Positions 1 to 13,922 of a stretch of DNA of 64,000 bases are shown here, one piece after another (the stretch's first letter is position 1; the number at the start of each line of letters is the position of its first letter). The notes beneath the pieces were generated by a model. The model had not been told where the DNA came from. It searched no databases and saw only the letters and a program-made list of their open reading frames with translations. A program made the position numbers and the translations under genes. The stretch spans positions 1,226,911-1,290,910 of the forward strand of contig NW_002060944.1 of assembly GCF_000150275.1 (NCBI RefSeq), in the 5' to 3' direction. This DNA comes from Trichoplax adhaerens. Its lineage: Eukaryota; Animalia; Placozoa.

Positions 1-75
1 TATTCAGGTCATAGGAAATTAGCAGCATGTTATTCATACTCGTATAGTAGTGCGAAGGTGTAGCCCATTTCTTAC

Positions 76-405
76 CTCATCTTTAGAAAAGGAATCATAA
101 ACAGTATTGATAATGGCAACGAAATGGGTAGACAATCTCAACGCTTGAATGATACAACTAATATAGCAGTTATTGGCATCATTGACTAAGCCACAGTAGC
201 AAGGCAATGATGATTGCTTGTTCTCTCCTTGATGTGAAAAATGTTCCACACTCGTATAAGCGCTGCTCCGCTGACCATGATTATCTTGCTGATGCTCTTT
301 ATCGTTATCGCGTGATCTTTTATCATATGCAATTATGGTATTGGCGCTACTGTCTGATCTTTTACGTTTTAATTTCAAGCATAATTTTTTACCAAAGACT
401 GACAT
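76..405 (-). CDS. First coding exon of a ubiquitin-specific protease (USP/peptidase C19, possibly USP1-like); gene continues beyond the left edge
   Basis: Translation MSVFGKKLCLKLKRKR...YCGLVNDANNCYISCIIQALRLSTHF contains the USP Cys box (GLxNxxNxCY). ATG at 405; phase-0 GTAAG donor right after 76; 330 nt = 110 codons. Subfamily assignment is tentative. Confidence 0.85.
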
Positions 406-1329
406 GTTGTCATTGCAGCATCTGCATGATGGCTTTCTTGTCTGGCGCAATCAGCTCACGGCTTGACGATATACGTCCAATCAAATCAATTCAGAGAGTA
501 TCTACCCTTGGTTGTCTTGTATCTCTATCAACGAGCAGGAGAATTCAATCGGTGCTGTGCATTTGAATCCAAGGTCTATTCTCTTTGATCGATATACCTG
601 CCATTTATCTACCAGTGGAGGACTAAAATAAGCAACCAAGTCGCAGTTTGCAAAGTGGAAACGAGCGAGATCACAAGGACGATCGCAACATCGCTGCTCA
701 ATCGTGTATTGTAGCTTAATTTGGATCCTACAATTGCAGTGTCGTGCAGCTAAAATGTGTTGAAATTGAAGAGGAACGTTGGCAATCTATTCCTGGCTTT
801 ACAATCATGAATATCGGATGCACAACTTTCTTAACTGCTAGCCATCGACTACAGCCTGGATCGACGGCAATGCATGAATTGGATGGGAATATACAGCTTG
901 AAATGGCAGTTTGGATACAGGCATCCACTACTGCGGCATCAATTTATTTTGCTGGCGATTGATTCTACTATACTGTCAATGGACAGTATAGTAGATAGTA
1001 TCATAGTCCAGGCTGTGCCACTCCCTGTTCCATGGCCATATAGTATTGGCCATGGACTACTGCAAAACTTTTTGGTGCAAATTTGGAGTAGTCTATGACC
1101 ACTTGACCAGTGAGCAGACTGACTCCAGACACCTGCAATCCTAAATCCCTAGCTGTCACTCTCTTTTGCAAAGGGACATTTCTACCATGGATTCCTCAAT
1201 GCTATTCAATACTAGTCGCTCGTATGGAATAGTCCATGCATTCCCTGTATTCCTTTTACAGCCTTTACTCAATATCCTGTTGCAAAATCAACCCGAAACC
1301 CGATTTGAACTCGACTCGAAGGCGGGATT

Positions 1330-2175
1330 CCCCGCCTTAACTTGCTTTTGCTCACGTAGAAAGAGTTTCAAAAGTCCTGAAAAGACTAAGTATGAAATAG
1401 TCCACTATTCCATGCAACATTAGTCCCTAGAAGTATTGAAACAGCGCTTATTTTCATTGATTTTGGGCTTCTGTCAGTCTTTTTTGGCAGTGTCAGACTA
1501 TTCCATTTCCAGTACCGTTTTTAGACTCTCTAATGTCATACCAGTCCCTACAAGTACTCCAACGGTGACTAGTTTGGATTTTGGGCTTCTGTCAGTCTGT
1601 CTGTTTGGCAGTGCCATACCAGTCCCTAGAAGTATTCCAACGGTGACTAGTTGGGATTTTGGGCTTCTGTCAGTCTGTCTGTTTGGCAGTGCCCTACTCA
1701 ATGTCATACCAGTCCCTAGAAGTATTCCAACGGTGACAAGTTTGGTTGGTTTTTTGGCTTCTGTCAGTCTGTCTGTTTGGCACGTTAAGACTCTCTAGTA
1801 ATACTGAGTAGTTGGACTACCCAATGCCATACTAGTCCCTAGAAGTACTGCATTTGAACAGCGAGTTGTTTTGATTGTTGGCTTCTGTCAGTCTGTCTGA
1901 CAGTGCCAGACCGGTATCGTAGACTCCCTAATAATATGGAGTAGTCCACCATGACAGGAAATGCTATGCGGGGACTACTCAAAGAAGAAATTTGGCTTCA
2001 TTTTTGTCTCGCCCCCCCCCTAACTTTTGTTTGGTCATATAGAAAGAGTTGAAAAAGCCCTGAAAAGGCTAAGCATGGAATAGCCCACCACTACTCAGTG
2101 TCATACCAGTCTCTAGAAGTATCTGAACAGCGATTTGTTTTGATTGTTGGCTTCTGTCAGTCTGTCTGACCGTAT
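1330..2175. repeat. Composite repeat: ~78-90 bp tandem units plus a ~80 bp direct repeat
   Basis: Unit cataccagtccctagaagtattccaacggtgactagtttggattttgggcttctgtcagtctgtctgtttggcagtg recurs at ~1537, 1615 and 1705, with degenerate copies near 1420, 1830 and 2100. The block agaaagagtt..aaaag.cctgaaaag.ctaag.atg.aatag.ccac occurs at ~1358 and ~2041. Confidence 0.85.
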
Positions 2176-2944
2176 CAAACCATAGTCTACAGTACAGTAC
2201 AGCACTTTGGCTTCGCTACTCCTTGTCCAGTATGAACTGTATGAACTGTATGGAATGGTGACTTATTCATGCGATATCACGCCTATTCCCATACAAAAGC
2301 TTATACTGCTATCAGCAATGATGGCCATCTAGGCTTCAAGGTATACAAGTTAATGGATGTTGAATGGATGAAAATGAAATCGTTCGTCCCTTAACCGTTG
2401 ATAAAAGGACGTCTGCTTCATTCAATGATGGAGAACCACCGGCCTTGCTAAGCCTTGCATCAATAAGACGGACGGACAATTCCTGTAGAACCCAGCAGGT
2501 TCCGCTTGCAAAACTGAGTCAAGAAAAGACTCCGTTGATCAGAGTGTATACAATAGTCTGTCTCCGTGATTACTGTATGAAACAGTAGACTGTCGAGAAC
2601 TGGGATGATGACAGCACCCTCCCACCAAATTCCAACCCTCCAATTCCCCAGAAATCGTCTTAGTGTCTGTCAATCGATCCCCACTGTCATTGTCCTACTG
2701 TAGCCTAGTCCTATCGAGCATTGTATGAAACAGTAGACTGTCTACGAAAGTGGACCGTAACGGATCTTCTCTATTGTCTTGCCGTACCAATGAGCACGTA
2801 ACGTCATCTACCGTTCCAAGCCAGTGGAGACGAATCATCTAGCCTTGAAGATCTTTCAAGGTCCCCTAAATAAATACCTAATGTCCAAGCTATCCAACAA
2901 TCACTTGCCGATTAAACACCGTTGCAATTCCTAAATATTTCCCT

Positions 2945-5900
2945 ATGGACAGTAAGTGGTGGTAGATTGTACTAACGTCTCAATAAAATCAACTTATCCA
3001 TAGCGATGATGATGGTTTCATTTCTTGATTAGGGTATGAGAGTGAACGAAAACATTTAAGAGATCGATTGTTAGACGCGATTAAGCAGGTAAGGCAAAAG
3101 ACGATCAACTAAAATGAACTTTGCCATCAATGGAACGGTTGAAGGATTAGCAATGGCTGCAGTTGTAGTAGGATTTGCCATAAAATGGACGATATTGGAG
3201 CCTTAGCTTCTAGGCCAACTTACTTCAATCCTTGTACAAGGTGTCCATCCATTTTCCATACCTACCTGTCGACTTGTTTGCATTCTTCATTCAGTAAAAA
3301 TGACACAACCCAGAGGCCAGGCGATGAAAAGCAAAATAACAATACTGTACAAGGTGGTGTTGGCATGGATTTAGCCTCTGCCTAAAGAGGAGTTTCCATC
3401 CATAGAGTACACATTGTTGCTATAGATAGGATTAGGGCTTTGAAATACATCACATTATCCTAATGCTATTCCATTTGTTGTGCTATCAAGAAGACAACAA
3501 TCTTCGTTGTGCAATAGGAAAGATGGACAAAGAGTCGTTCAACGATACACCTGGCCATAGTGTTGATCATCATGATTAATCATACTTGTCTGTTTAGTAG
3601 TCAGTCAAATGGCCACTGCAATCATCACTTTATGACTTCTTTTCCAAGGATGACTTCAATTGGTAGTGGTAGTATCACAAACACCAAGCATGACTACCGT
3701 AATTGACATGGATAGTTTGTACATACGAGTATGTACAGTATGACAGGAGTCGTTGATGGATGTTGATCCATAGTATCATTTTCTGGTCCATGAAATCCCT
3801 GCAAAAATTAGCTATGAGGATAAACATAGTCGATGCAAGATCCAACGCCATTGGGTATAAATTGGACTCCGTAGACTTTACTTAAAGATAACATAGTTTA
3901 CACTAGCTTATCTTGCTTCAGTGGTTATCAGTTTACATAACGCTACTTGGGCTTTAATTATGATGCAAACTTGCGTTTTATTTGCATGGGTTCAACTGAG
4001 TCCTGACCATACTGTACATTTCCATAACATGATGATACTCTCCATCATTATGTCAATATACATTACAATCCTACTTCTACCTTGGGCGTGCACAGCCAGA
4101 TAATTTCAACTGCTTTGCTGTCAAATTGAAGGTAACCATTTTACTTTTTCTAGTGCCAGATACGATTTAAAGAAGGCCAAGATATCGCTACTGACAATGA
4201 TAGCACGTAAGTTCAATAGCCGCCAATCATTCTTGGACGATGATAGTAATGTATTTAAATCATGATTATCAATGTCGATCCGATTCAATCTTAACATGGT
4301 CTGATACCTTTAGCAATGGAAGGATTGTACAATATTGACTAAAAGATTTGTTTACTCTATCAATACTATACTATCAATACTGTTGGTAAACCAATGCATA
4401 ATGACGACTCGATTTTACTACCATAGGATTGACTATACAATGTAGTGGCTATTGCTATAATTGACCGCTAGAATCATTTCTGATACAATTAAGTAAAGGA
4501 AACTGATCGTCTAAAGCATGGATCTTCAGTCTAACCCAGTCATCGTTACAAATCACTATTACATTATTCTATCATGCTTCATTTCTACTCACTTGACTCA
4601 AGTTGTAATCATGCAGGAAATATCCAATATGTCATGCATGGTAACCTACGTCAATTGTGATTTCGAATCAATAACGTAAAAGATTAATCGTCCTGCATGC
4701 TTCAATCCAATACTGTCCATTCATCAAGTCAACATTATATTATTCTGTAATGTTAATTTCCTACCAATTTTACTAGTGTTATTTGCCTCTGTATTCAACT
4801 GGAAGCGGTTTTACAACATGGTTTGAAAGTCATCAAAAAGAAAGATTCATTTGCTTGGTAATTAAAACAATTTTGAACTTCGACATTGCTTTGGTTGCAA
4901 AATTACTTTCTGTATACATGTGTATTAAGAGTCTACCAATCAAGTAGAAATAGGCAAAGTTAGTATTACTCCTATAGAATTCATGCTAATATTGATTTCA
5001 ATATTGATATGGATAGGCCGGTCAAGAATTTAATGAGCTACATTAGCCCAGAACCAGAACCAGAACCATGTAAGCCATTGGATGTTTTTTGTCAATACAC
5101 TTTTGTTTCTTAATGATAACAACGGTCCTCGATATCAATAATATAAACTGTAAAACTGCATAACTTTACTTTCAAGTTAACTCTTAGTCATATTCACTTA
5201 GGCTTTTGGAATTGGGTTAAAAAGTATCTTTCTGAATTGGAATTAAGTCGACTTGATTCGTTAACCAATATCTCCAGTGATATTGGCAGAGGTTAGTATT
5301 ATTAATCACTTTTCTAGTGCCAAAAACACGATTTAGTTGCCACAATGATGATCATCTACTGTAAATTAATATCTTTCACTACAACATGGATTTGGTTATC
5401 GGCTTTTATTTTATATTTATAAAGAGAATAACATTAGACCAAGTAGCACAATCAAAATTCTAGTGTAGCCCCCTGTTTGAATTTTCTTGCATACAAATTC
5501 ATCATCTTTAAAGGCTGTAATCTCTTCATAGTTTATTGATATCCTAGAATGATCATACAAGCAAAGCAAAATTCAAGTTGCATTCCAGTTGTTACTTTCG
5601 TATTTCTTATATTGCGGAGTAAGCTCTATTGCGAAAATTGCTGTCTCTAGAATTGCAAAACAATAAAGTTGCTGATTTATCATTTCCTATTCAATCAATC
5701 TCTTAGGGGCTTTCTATTTCCTTCTGCACTAACTCGATACTAAAAATTGCGCCCAATCTATTACAGTAAAGCCATTTAATAATTCAACACTTGTCATCCA
5801 AATATGTCTCTTCTATCTGCAGCATACATACCATAAACTAGAACAATAGTAATTAGCATATAATGAAGGATAACATTGGATAGTAAAAAGACGATTAAAA

Positions 5901-8900
5901 TGTCATCAATACAGTACATACTAAAGCGGACAAGATATGTATGAATAAGCTTTACAGCAAAAATTTTCTAAATAGCAACTATCTTACACAATTTATTGAA
6001 CGCTGCCAGGACGTGCTTGGCTACGGTGTATGCTAAATGAAAGATGCTTAGAAAAATTTTTCGGAAAAGTTGTTGCTGATCCAAGTATAATACGGTAAAA
6101 TCACCATTTTGGATAAATTTATTTTTAATATTGGCTACACTTGAAATTTTATTCAATCTGCTCATGTCGTCATAAAATAATTTTTCCTTCATACAAATTT
6201 TAGAAAGTTTTACGAAAGCTATGCCTTCATGTTGGATACTGAACTGAATTCTCTATTGTTAGATGCATGTGCTGGTCAGTTTTTTAACTTGTTCGTTTTA
6301 ATGTAGCTGTTGGATATAACAAATCGAATGTGCAAGATGAACTTAATAGCCTGAAATGTACTAATCGATGATAACTATTTTAGGTCTATCATCTATCGTT
6401 TTCGCAATCACATCGAACAACACTCAGCTAAATTCCGCAAATAAGCTAGTTCGTATTATTTGATAGCATATCAAAATATATTCCATGACTTGTTAAAATT
6501 TGCATTGATGGTGGATTTGGAAGAGTAAACATTCACATTTTTGATAGACTGCAGTATCATCTACTTCAGCCAGCCCACCTCCATCCGTCTTAAAGGAAAA
6601 TGTTGCCAGTAAAACGCAACATGCAGCTACCAATATACCTGGTATTTTATTTAGTAAAGTAGTGAATCATGTCACAAATACTAATCTACCAATTGGTTAG
6701 ATTCACTGTATACTTTTTCGATTATAACATGCTTTATTTTGGCTTACTATAGTAGCAGCTACTGTAAAACGCAAAAAAAAGAGACAGAAACAAACTGCAA
6801 CTATTTCACCCGCTAATACTATCGATGAAGACCAGGACAGCATTATCTCTTTTAGTCCCTCAAATAATTCATACACAATTAATGAATCCAATGGAACTCA
6901 GCAATTACAGGATTCATTGACCTTGAATACCTCTACAGATGCAAGTAGTACTTTCAATGACGAAGCAAATTATCGAAATGCTAATAGTTCAATTTCTTCG
7001 AAAGTAAGACTATTATGAAACAATTTTGGAGATGGAATGATTGCACTCTATTCTAAAATATATATTCTTACATCCTATGTTTTACCATTTCAGAATATTG
7101 ATTTAATTACTAATTTAAACTCCGACCTAAATGATGCAATAACAGCAGCATCAGCAGCAATGGAAGCCCCGGTATTAGCTGATACGGCCAGTGATGTTAA
7201 GGATCCCTTAAGCGATGCCAATAAGCCGCAAAGTGAAGAACTAGACAGCTCCTCAGTGGATAAGATTGTTAACGATAATATTACTGGACAGCAAAATTTA
7301 TTAAAAGATGCTGATCTAACTCCCGATACTTATGATACTGAATTTCGCTCACTTGATAGTCTGTATACCAAACAAATGGCATGGAATTCCGTTTTTCAAT
7401 CGGCTTTTGTCGATCCTAGTCTTGATTTGAGCGCAATGAAGGAATCTTCTACAAATACTAGATTGTCTGAGCAAATAGATCCTGTGGAAGAGTCCCAGCA
7501 GAAATTGAAAGTTTCAGTTGCAGAAGGGGATATAAAAGGTACAAAATCTGCTACTACTGACATTGCGATGCTGGAAAATAATAATAAAGTGATAGAAGCT
7601 AAGCCAGAAGGCGATTTCACCAAAGCATCAGAGCCTACTAATATCATACTTAAAACAGCGACAATCAGTAATCTGGAAGGAGTAGAACAAAATGCAGTTG
7701 TAAAAGATTCTAATCAAAAACTTTTAGATACTAATTTGTTGAACACGAAAGGGCCGATTAATGAATTAAGTGATGAATCTTCTTCACAAGAAGATCATAT
7801 AACAACGGAAAATATGAGCACGGAATGTACTACTCAAAGTACTGCGAATATCGGCGAAACCAAAGACTCTATAGAAACGATAATTAGCCAAGATGAAGAA
7901 AGAAAGGCGAACAATATTGGATTCTTAGATGCAGTTAGCTCACAGCAAGAAAACAGCCGCGATATATGTACGAAATTAACTAATTTAGCGAACGATATTC
8001 ATATTTACAACTATCAAGAGATTAGCGACGTTGTAATTAAAGAAAACGCTTATGATATAGTCGAAAAGAGCAAGTCTGAACACCGGCACGAGTTACCCCA
8101 AGTGGAATCTCATGATTCGCTTTCGAGTTTAACTGATACTACAAATAAGGTTGCATCTGCTAGTAATGAAATTAATAAAAATCTTGCGACATGTAATAAT
8201 CCTGCATTACAATCAAGTAGGTAGAATGATTTTAAAAAGTGTTTGTGATTAGCGAAAATGATCATGTAAGGGTGTCAACAAATGGTTTAACTATACACTT
8301 TTTTTAATATGTTAGATAATCTCACTGTATCAAAACTCAGTTATGATGTCATCACTTCGGAAGATTCTCATTCAGTAGACTCTGACTCCAACAGCACTGA
8401 CTTATCATCTCGGGGTCAGAGGTAATGAATTGAATTGTTAACTGATTTAACGTTTCTAAAATACTACCTATACAGCTATACCTATGCGCTTCTTTCCTGC
8501 AATAATTGATAACCGCATTTTCTATTTGCTTCTCCTAGTGCTCAGCATGGCTCCTCAGATACGACAAGTTCGGAAGTGAAGGTGACTTTATGCTGATTAA
8601 TGTCTACAGTTTCTATGCAGTCCTAAGACTTTATAGTATGATAATATACCACTATATCGACATTTTTGTTACAAATAAATTGATAAAATTTCTATTACAT
8701 TAGCTCGAGGTGCACTTTTTACAATTCAAAACGTAGTAAGATATCGTTATTTTTCTAGGAATTTGAAAAACGATTACATCAAATGTCTATAGGTCAGACT
8801 GATCTCAATTAATTCAAACTTATATTATATTTATTGGCATATGAAATCATTTTCAAAAGTAGTGGCTGTTATTAATTTTGGTGTCAAATATTTATAGAGG

Positions 8901-11004
8901 AACTAAGGGAAGTTGCTTTATCTAACCATTGCGAGAGAACAAGAATGCGAGAAAATATCAAGTTCGTAAATCCACATTGCGTAACACTTGATCTTAAGCT
9001 CATTATTATGAGATCAATACTTTGGAAATATTTTATACTTTCGATAGAAACTGTTAGGATGTCGTAGTAAATTGTTCTTTTATGATCCTTAACTTATATT
9101 GTCTCCATTCGTAGATCCTTGAGGAAATCTTATCACGAAGAAGTTGATAATTCCCTACGTTTAAGAGGTGAACTAGAAAAGGCCACAGCTACTTCTAGTC
9201 TAACCGAAGAAATGCAGACTAAGCGTGTTACCTCATTAACTCGGTAAACCAATTAAATTAACCTTAAAAATGTATCTTATAAAAATGCGAGTGTAACTAA
9301 TTATGATGGAAAATATTTTATTACAGAGAAGTAGAAATGCTAAAAAATCAACTAAAAAAATATGTTAGTGCTGTACAACACCTTCGTCGAGAAATTAAGG
9401 AAGAAACACCAATAACAAAGCAAGGTTACAGATAAAAATGTGCATTGTGCATATGGCTAGTCTCTACTATTACATTTGATATTACGACTGAATTTAGTTT
9501 CTTGCCCCTTTGCGGAATGAATGCGTAAACTCTTTTAATATTTTCACTATTTTCATTTAGCTCTTACTGGTATTCGACAAGATACACCAATTTCAGTACC
9601 CGAGACACAGCAGTCTACTGTCTATAGGTATAACTTTTCTAAGCAACATCCGTATGATTAATATAAAAATAGTAACTATTTTCAAAAATTAAAATTTGAA
9701 TACAGTGTTGAACAGGACTCGTACGAACAGAAACTTGTGCAGGTACATTACCTTTGTATTTCATAGCTTTTGAAGAGTTTAAGCTAATTTATTTACATCA
9801 TAAGCTTGATCGTAACTTAAAGCATCTTTTGTCTTTGCATTGTGTCGTTCGTACTTTAGGTTGCTGAAATGTGCGGAGAACTTTTGGAGTTTAATGAAAT
9901 GCTCCAACGGCAAATTCAACGTAAAGATATTAGCATACATCGTATGAAGGAGGAATTAATAAATTTACGAGGACCGGTAGTTAGAAATGCTTTTAGTTAT
10001 TGAATTATCTGTTATTCATGGTAGCTCATCAATTGTAAATACAAAAAATGATTAGATGCCACTTAGCCAGGAGTCAGAAGACCCAGAATTACAAGAATTG
10101 GAAGTTAAGAGGTATGAAACTGGATTAAACTTAGATGCATTGCAATCTATAAAGTTAAAAGAGAATGCTTATTGAATGATCGCTATATTGTAGTGTAACT
10201 AGACCACTAGTGAATATCTGGATTCCGTCTGCATTCTTAAGAAAGCTTGGTTCCGAAACTTACTACGTTTACCAGGTACATTATCGATGTTGTTATGGAT
10301 GTTATTTCAAGTTTAGCATGTAAGTTCTTCTGAATCGAGATGTTTCTATTTGCATTAAGGTCTATGTCAGAATTGGTGATGAAGAATGGAATATTTACCG
10401 AAGATATGCGCAATTTTATAAATTTTGGAAAGCGGTTTGTCAACTTGCAATAATTGATGGCGTATTGTGATCTATATTTAGCTTGTGTAGTATGCAGGTA
10501 ATGCTATTACTTACCGTTTATTTTCATTTGGCCATTACCACGATACTACAGATGAAACGAACTTATCCCAGTACAGCAAAGTTGGATTTTCCACCTAAGA
10601 ATGCACTGAAAAAAATGGTATAAAAATCCTTTAATCGCAATTCAAAAATGCTAAGAAGTTCTTGTGGTAGTAGTTAATTGGTTATCCTTAACATTACAGG
10701 ATCCACGGTTCGTTAAAAATCGTAAGGAGAGATTACAACAGTATCTTCGCACAGCAATCAACACGGTCATAGCAGAACATAGAGATTTGGCCCAGGACGT
10801 ATGCAAGCGAAAGTTTATTGAAGTTTTATCTTTCTTTAGGTAGGTTTCTTAATCATCTCACGTTCCTAGTTCGTATTTTCTGATTTCTTGGCAGCAAAAT
10901 TAGTTTGAATGTTTTATGCTACGAATATAATATATAGGGATACTTCTGATTCGGAAAACAGCCGTGAGCCTGAAATTACTGCTCAAAATTATGCTGGTTT
11001 TTGA
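2945..11004 (+). CDS. SNX29: Sorting nexin 29 (RUN domain - acidic low-complexity linker - coiled coil - PX domain), multi-exon
   Basis: Spliced exons give MDRYESERKHLRDRLLDAIKQ (2945-2951, 3033-3088), CQIRFKEGQDIATDNDS (~4154-4205), VICLCIQLEAVLQHGLK (~4778), FWNWVKKYL..SDIGRGRAWLRCMLNE, KFYESYAFML..GLSSIVFAI (RUN domain). A large acidic exon follows (~7094-8216), then coiled-coil exons (QVAEMCGELLEFNEMLQ) and a PX domain (RPLVNIWIPSAFL..IRIGDEEWNIYRRYAQFY..FPPK..RKERLQQYL). Stop TGA at 11002-11004. Order and motifs match SNX29/RUNDC2A. Confidence 0.92.
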
Positions 11005-12258
11005 TCTGAATTTATTCTTCCTAATTTCACAATGAATCCTGGTAACCATGGATTTCTACTCTCCTACAATGAACTATTAACTTAGTTTTCTGATAAGTAA
11101 CTCGATTACTTATGCAATATTATAAAGCATCGTCGAGTGCTCGTTGTTTGTATATATCTGTCGATACTGAACATTCACAACGTCAGTATGCATGGCAAGT
11201 ACGAGAGCATTTCGACGATAAGTGGTTGTTTCGATAGCGCCTTTTTGGCAATTTATGATTGGTACACTGATGAAAACTTTGTTGTAGCACCTACAGTACT
11301 CATTTAGTCCTCTTACAACAACAACTTTTTGCCAGTCTACATTTGTAGATAGATGTTTATTGTGATATATGTTTAGTATAAACTTATTATGGAATGTAGC
11401 ATTGTCTTTATTTTTCTTATTTTGATATCAAGATTTTAGCTAATTATTTTAGCAACAAAATTCTGTGTAGGAATTGATTAAAAGGATACGAAGAAAGGTA
11501 TTATTTGGAATTCGAAGTTTTGGTTGACCATGACATGCAAAGTCTATAATTTTTTAATAGATAATAACGCTTGTAGAAACTGTAAAGTTCAGTGTAAATC
11601 ACAATCTGTCATTTCTGCAGAAGTGTTAGCTCTCGCACGTAAAAGATTGTAGAAAAAACATAAGGCTGTGTTTTCATTTCCTTGAAACTCAAACCAAATC
11701 ACTAAAATGTAATAAATGATACGTGTTGTTTGCTGCTAGCAAGACTTAATTAATCGCGCTAAAACCTATCATGTTGGCTAATTTTACGTCACTGGATATA
11801 AATGCTGTATATTATAAAAGATTATACTGAATATGCGGTAATTCGTGACACGCGTATACTACGTCTACAATAGTTTATAAGGTACTGGTAAGTCGTATCC
11901 AAATAATCGGTTTCAAAGTCTCCCAAAAAGTCATTCAACAATCAGTCGATTTATAAAAATGTACCCATTTATTATAATTTTCCTAAGATTATGGTTTCTC
12001 ATATTCTAACCAAGTATGATTAACCGAGGAATTTGTAAAACTTAAAAGATCAAACAAACAGTCGACATTTACGATTATACTTGAATGAAGATCTTTTTAA
12101 AAAATTTCAGGCAAAACATCTTATTATATACTAGTATATAGCTACAAGTAGCAATCGGGAGCTTCTATAACTGGTCGTTTGAGCTATTACAATCAAGTAT
12201 AAGAAAACTACATTATTATAGATTAGATCTTATTGCATGGTTCCATTGATCCATCGAA

Positions 12259-13922
12259 TTACTCAATCGATGCAGGAATATCTAAGCAAACCACTTTCTT
12301 CCCGGCTGAATTTTTCAATTCCCATCGAACGATTAACGTTACCTAAATAGTATAAAAATTAACAAGTTCAAATTGGAGATACGTTAATCCTTTGGGGCTA
12401 ATTTACCACGTCAAATGCAACTTTTGTTGAATTTAACTTTATAAGCGTGTACTCTGTACGATTAAAGATTAGACTACACTATGATTTAATATTCGCGTTA
12501 TTTGCGCTTGTAGTTTCTACTCCTTACAGCTGGATAGATTTTCTTGACAGGGATGATAGAGTGATACTTGTACATAGCACTCTTCTCCAAGGGGCACTTA
12601 ACGCCACTATTGCTACATCCGTTAGGATTGGGAAGTGGAAAAGGTATGGGCACACCTTCTAAGACTCCAAATACGACCGCTTGGATTTTCTTGATGCTCT
12701 CAGCTAGAGTAAAGAAATAGATGTATTACTTTCATAGTCCTATTTACCTATCTTAAAAATTCATCTCATTTTTTTAAGACTATAATACTACAGTGTACTA
12801 TCTATAAATGCATTTAACATCATATTATACACTAAGCCAATTGCATTTTCTACAGTATGGTTTATTCAAGAAGTTGAACTTTGGTTTAAAATTACTTACA
12901 AAGAATACATAATCTCAATACTAAAGTTATGGATTAATGCAGCTATTTATTCGATCGATTTTGGATTCACTGTCATTGTACCGACAGTAAAGGATTTAAG
13001 TTAACCATCAATGATTCTACTTTTACTAACTGATTAATACAATCGTCCTGCTGTCAATACAAATTTAACTTACAGTCGTTGCATAATTATTATTATTACT
13101 GATCAAGAATGAAACAAGTTATTAACAAAATTGTAATCCAATCAGCTAATCCTTTGATGTAAAAATGTACCGTAATTTTTTAACAAATAGTAATAGAACT
13201 GTAGCGTAGTAGTTGATATTGTACTTGTCCTCTGTAAAAGTACTTTGACTATACGACTAAAAAATAGTACGAGTACAGTGTGTTCAACTGTCCGTTTAGT
13301 ATTGGTGCTGGATCATTGCATTGCTCCTTTGCGTTTTGATTACATATTATTTTACAATCCATGATCCTTATCGTGTTCTACGTACATGGTGAAAAGTTGA
13401 TGGTAACGGTGACATTAGTTCCACGTTTCAAGATACAAGGTTGAGAGGTGCATGGATTAATTGAAAGCGATTTGACTTTTCCCACTTGAGAACCTGTGGT
13501 TGAAACAAAACATCAATTATAATTATGCAAATACCCCCAAATGATGATACTGTTGCCTAAAATGCTCCTTCCATGACTATACTATTACAGCACTGACAAT
13601 ATACTCCAATAACGAATACTCTAATTTCAATGCTAAAGTATCAATGACAACTTCTGCATATTCTTGACTACAGACAAGAAATGGACAATCATCCATATTA
13701 GCAGCATGACTATTGAATGCCACTTTGGATTGCAAGAATTTCAAATCGACTTGAGACAGAAATGGAAGCTTCTCTTAACCCTGCTCACAGTATCAAATGG
13801 ATGAACAAGACTAGTTGCTCTTTCTCCTTACCACAATCTCTATATCGAACATTATCTAATGCATAACAACTGCTAATAACCAAGATGATGAACAAGAACG
13901 AGCTAGCCATTCCTTGCGCCAT
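12259..13922 (-). CDS. NPC2: NPC2 / ML-domain sterol-binding protein, 4 exons (13922-13832, 13493-13386, 12703-12528, 12342-12259), 152 aa
   Basis: Not in the ORF track. Spliced translation: signal peptide MAQGMASSFLFIILVISSCYA, then YRDCGSQVGKVKSLSINPCTSQPCILKRGTNVTVTINFSP, VFGVLEGVPIPFPLPNPNGCSNSGVKCPLEK..IPVKKIYPA, VTLIVRWELKNSAGKKVVCLDIPASIE*. Has the six ML-domain cysteines; all introns are GT-AG with consistent phases. Confidence 0.95.

Noticed and set aside
1436-1798. Repeat-containing small proteins (ORFs 1436-1798 and 1498-1707)
   Set aside because: Frames are by-products of the tandem repeat, with no recognisable domain or splice support.
7037-8224. Standalone 395-aa gene
   Set aside because: Bounded by a CAG acceptor at 7093 and a GT donor near 8217, in frame with flanking SNX29 exons; the ATG is intronic.
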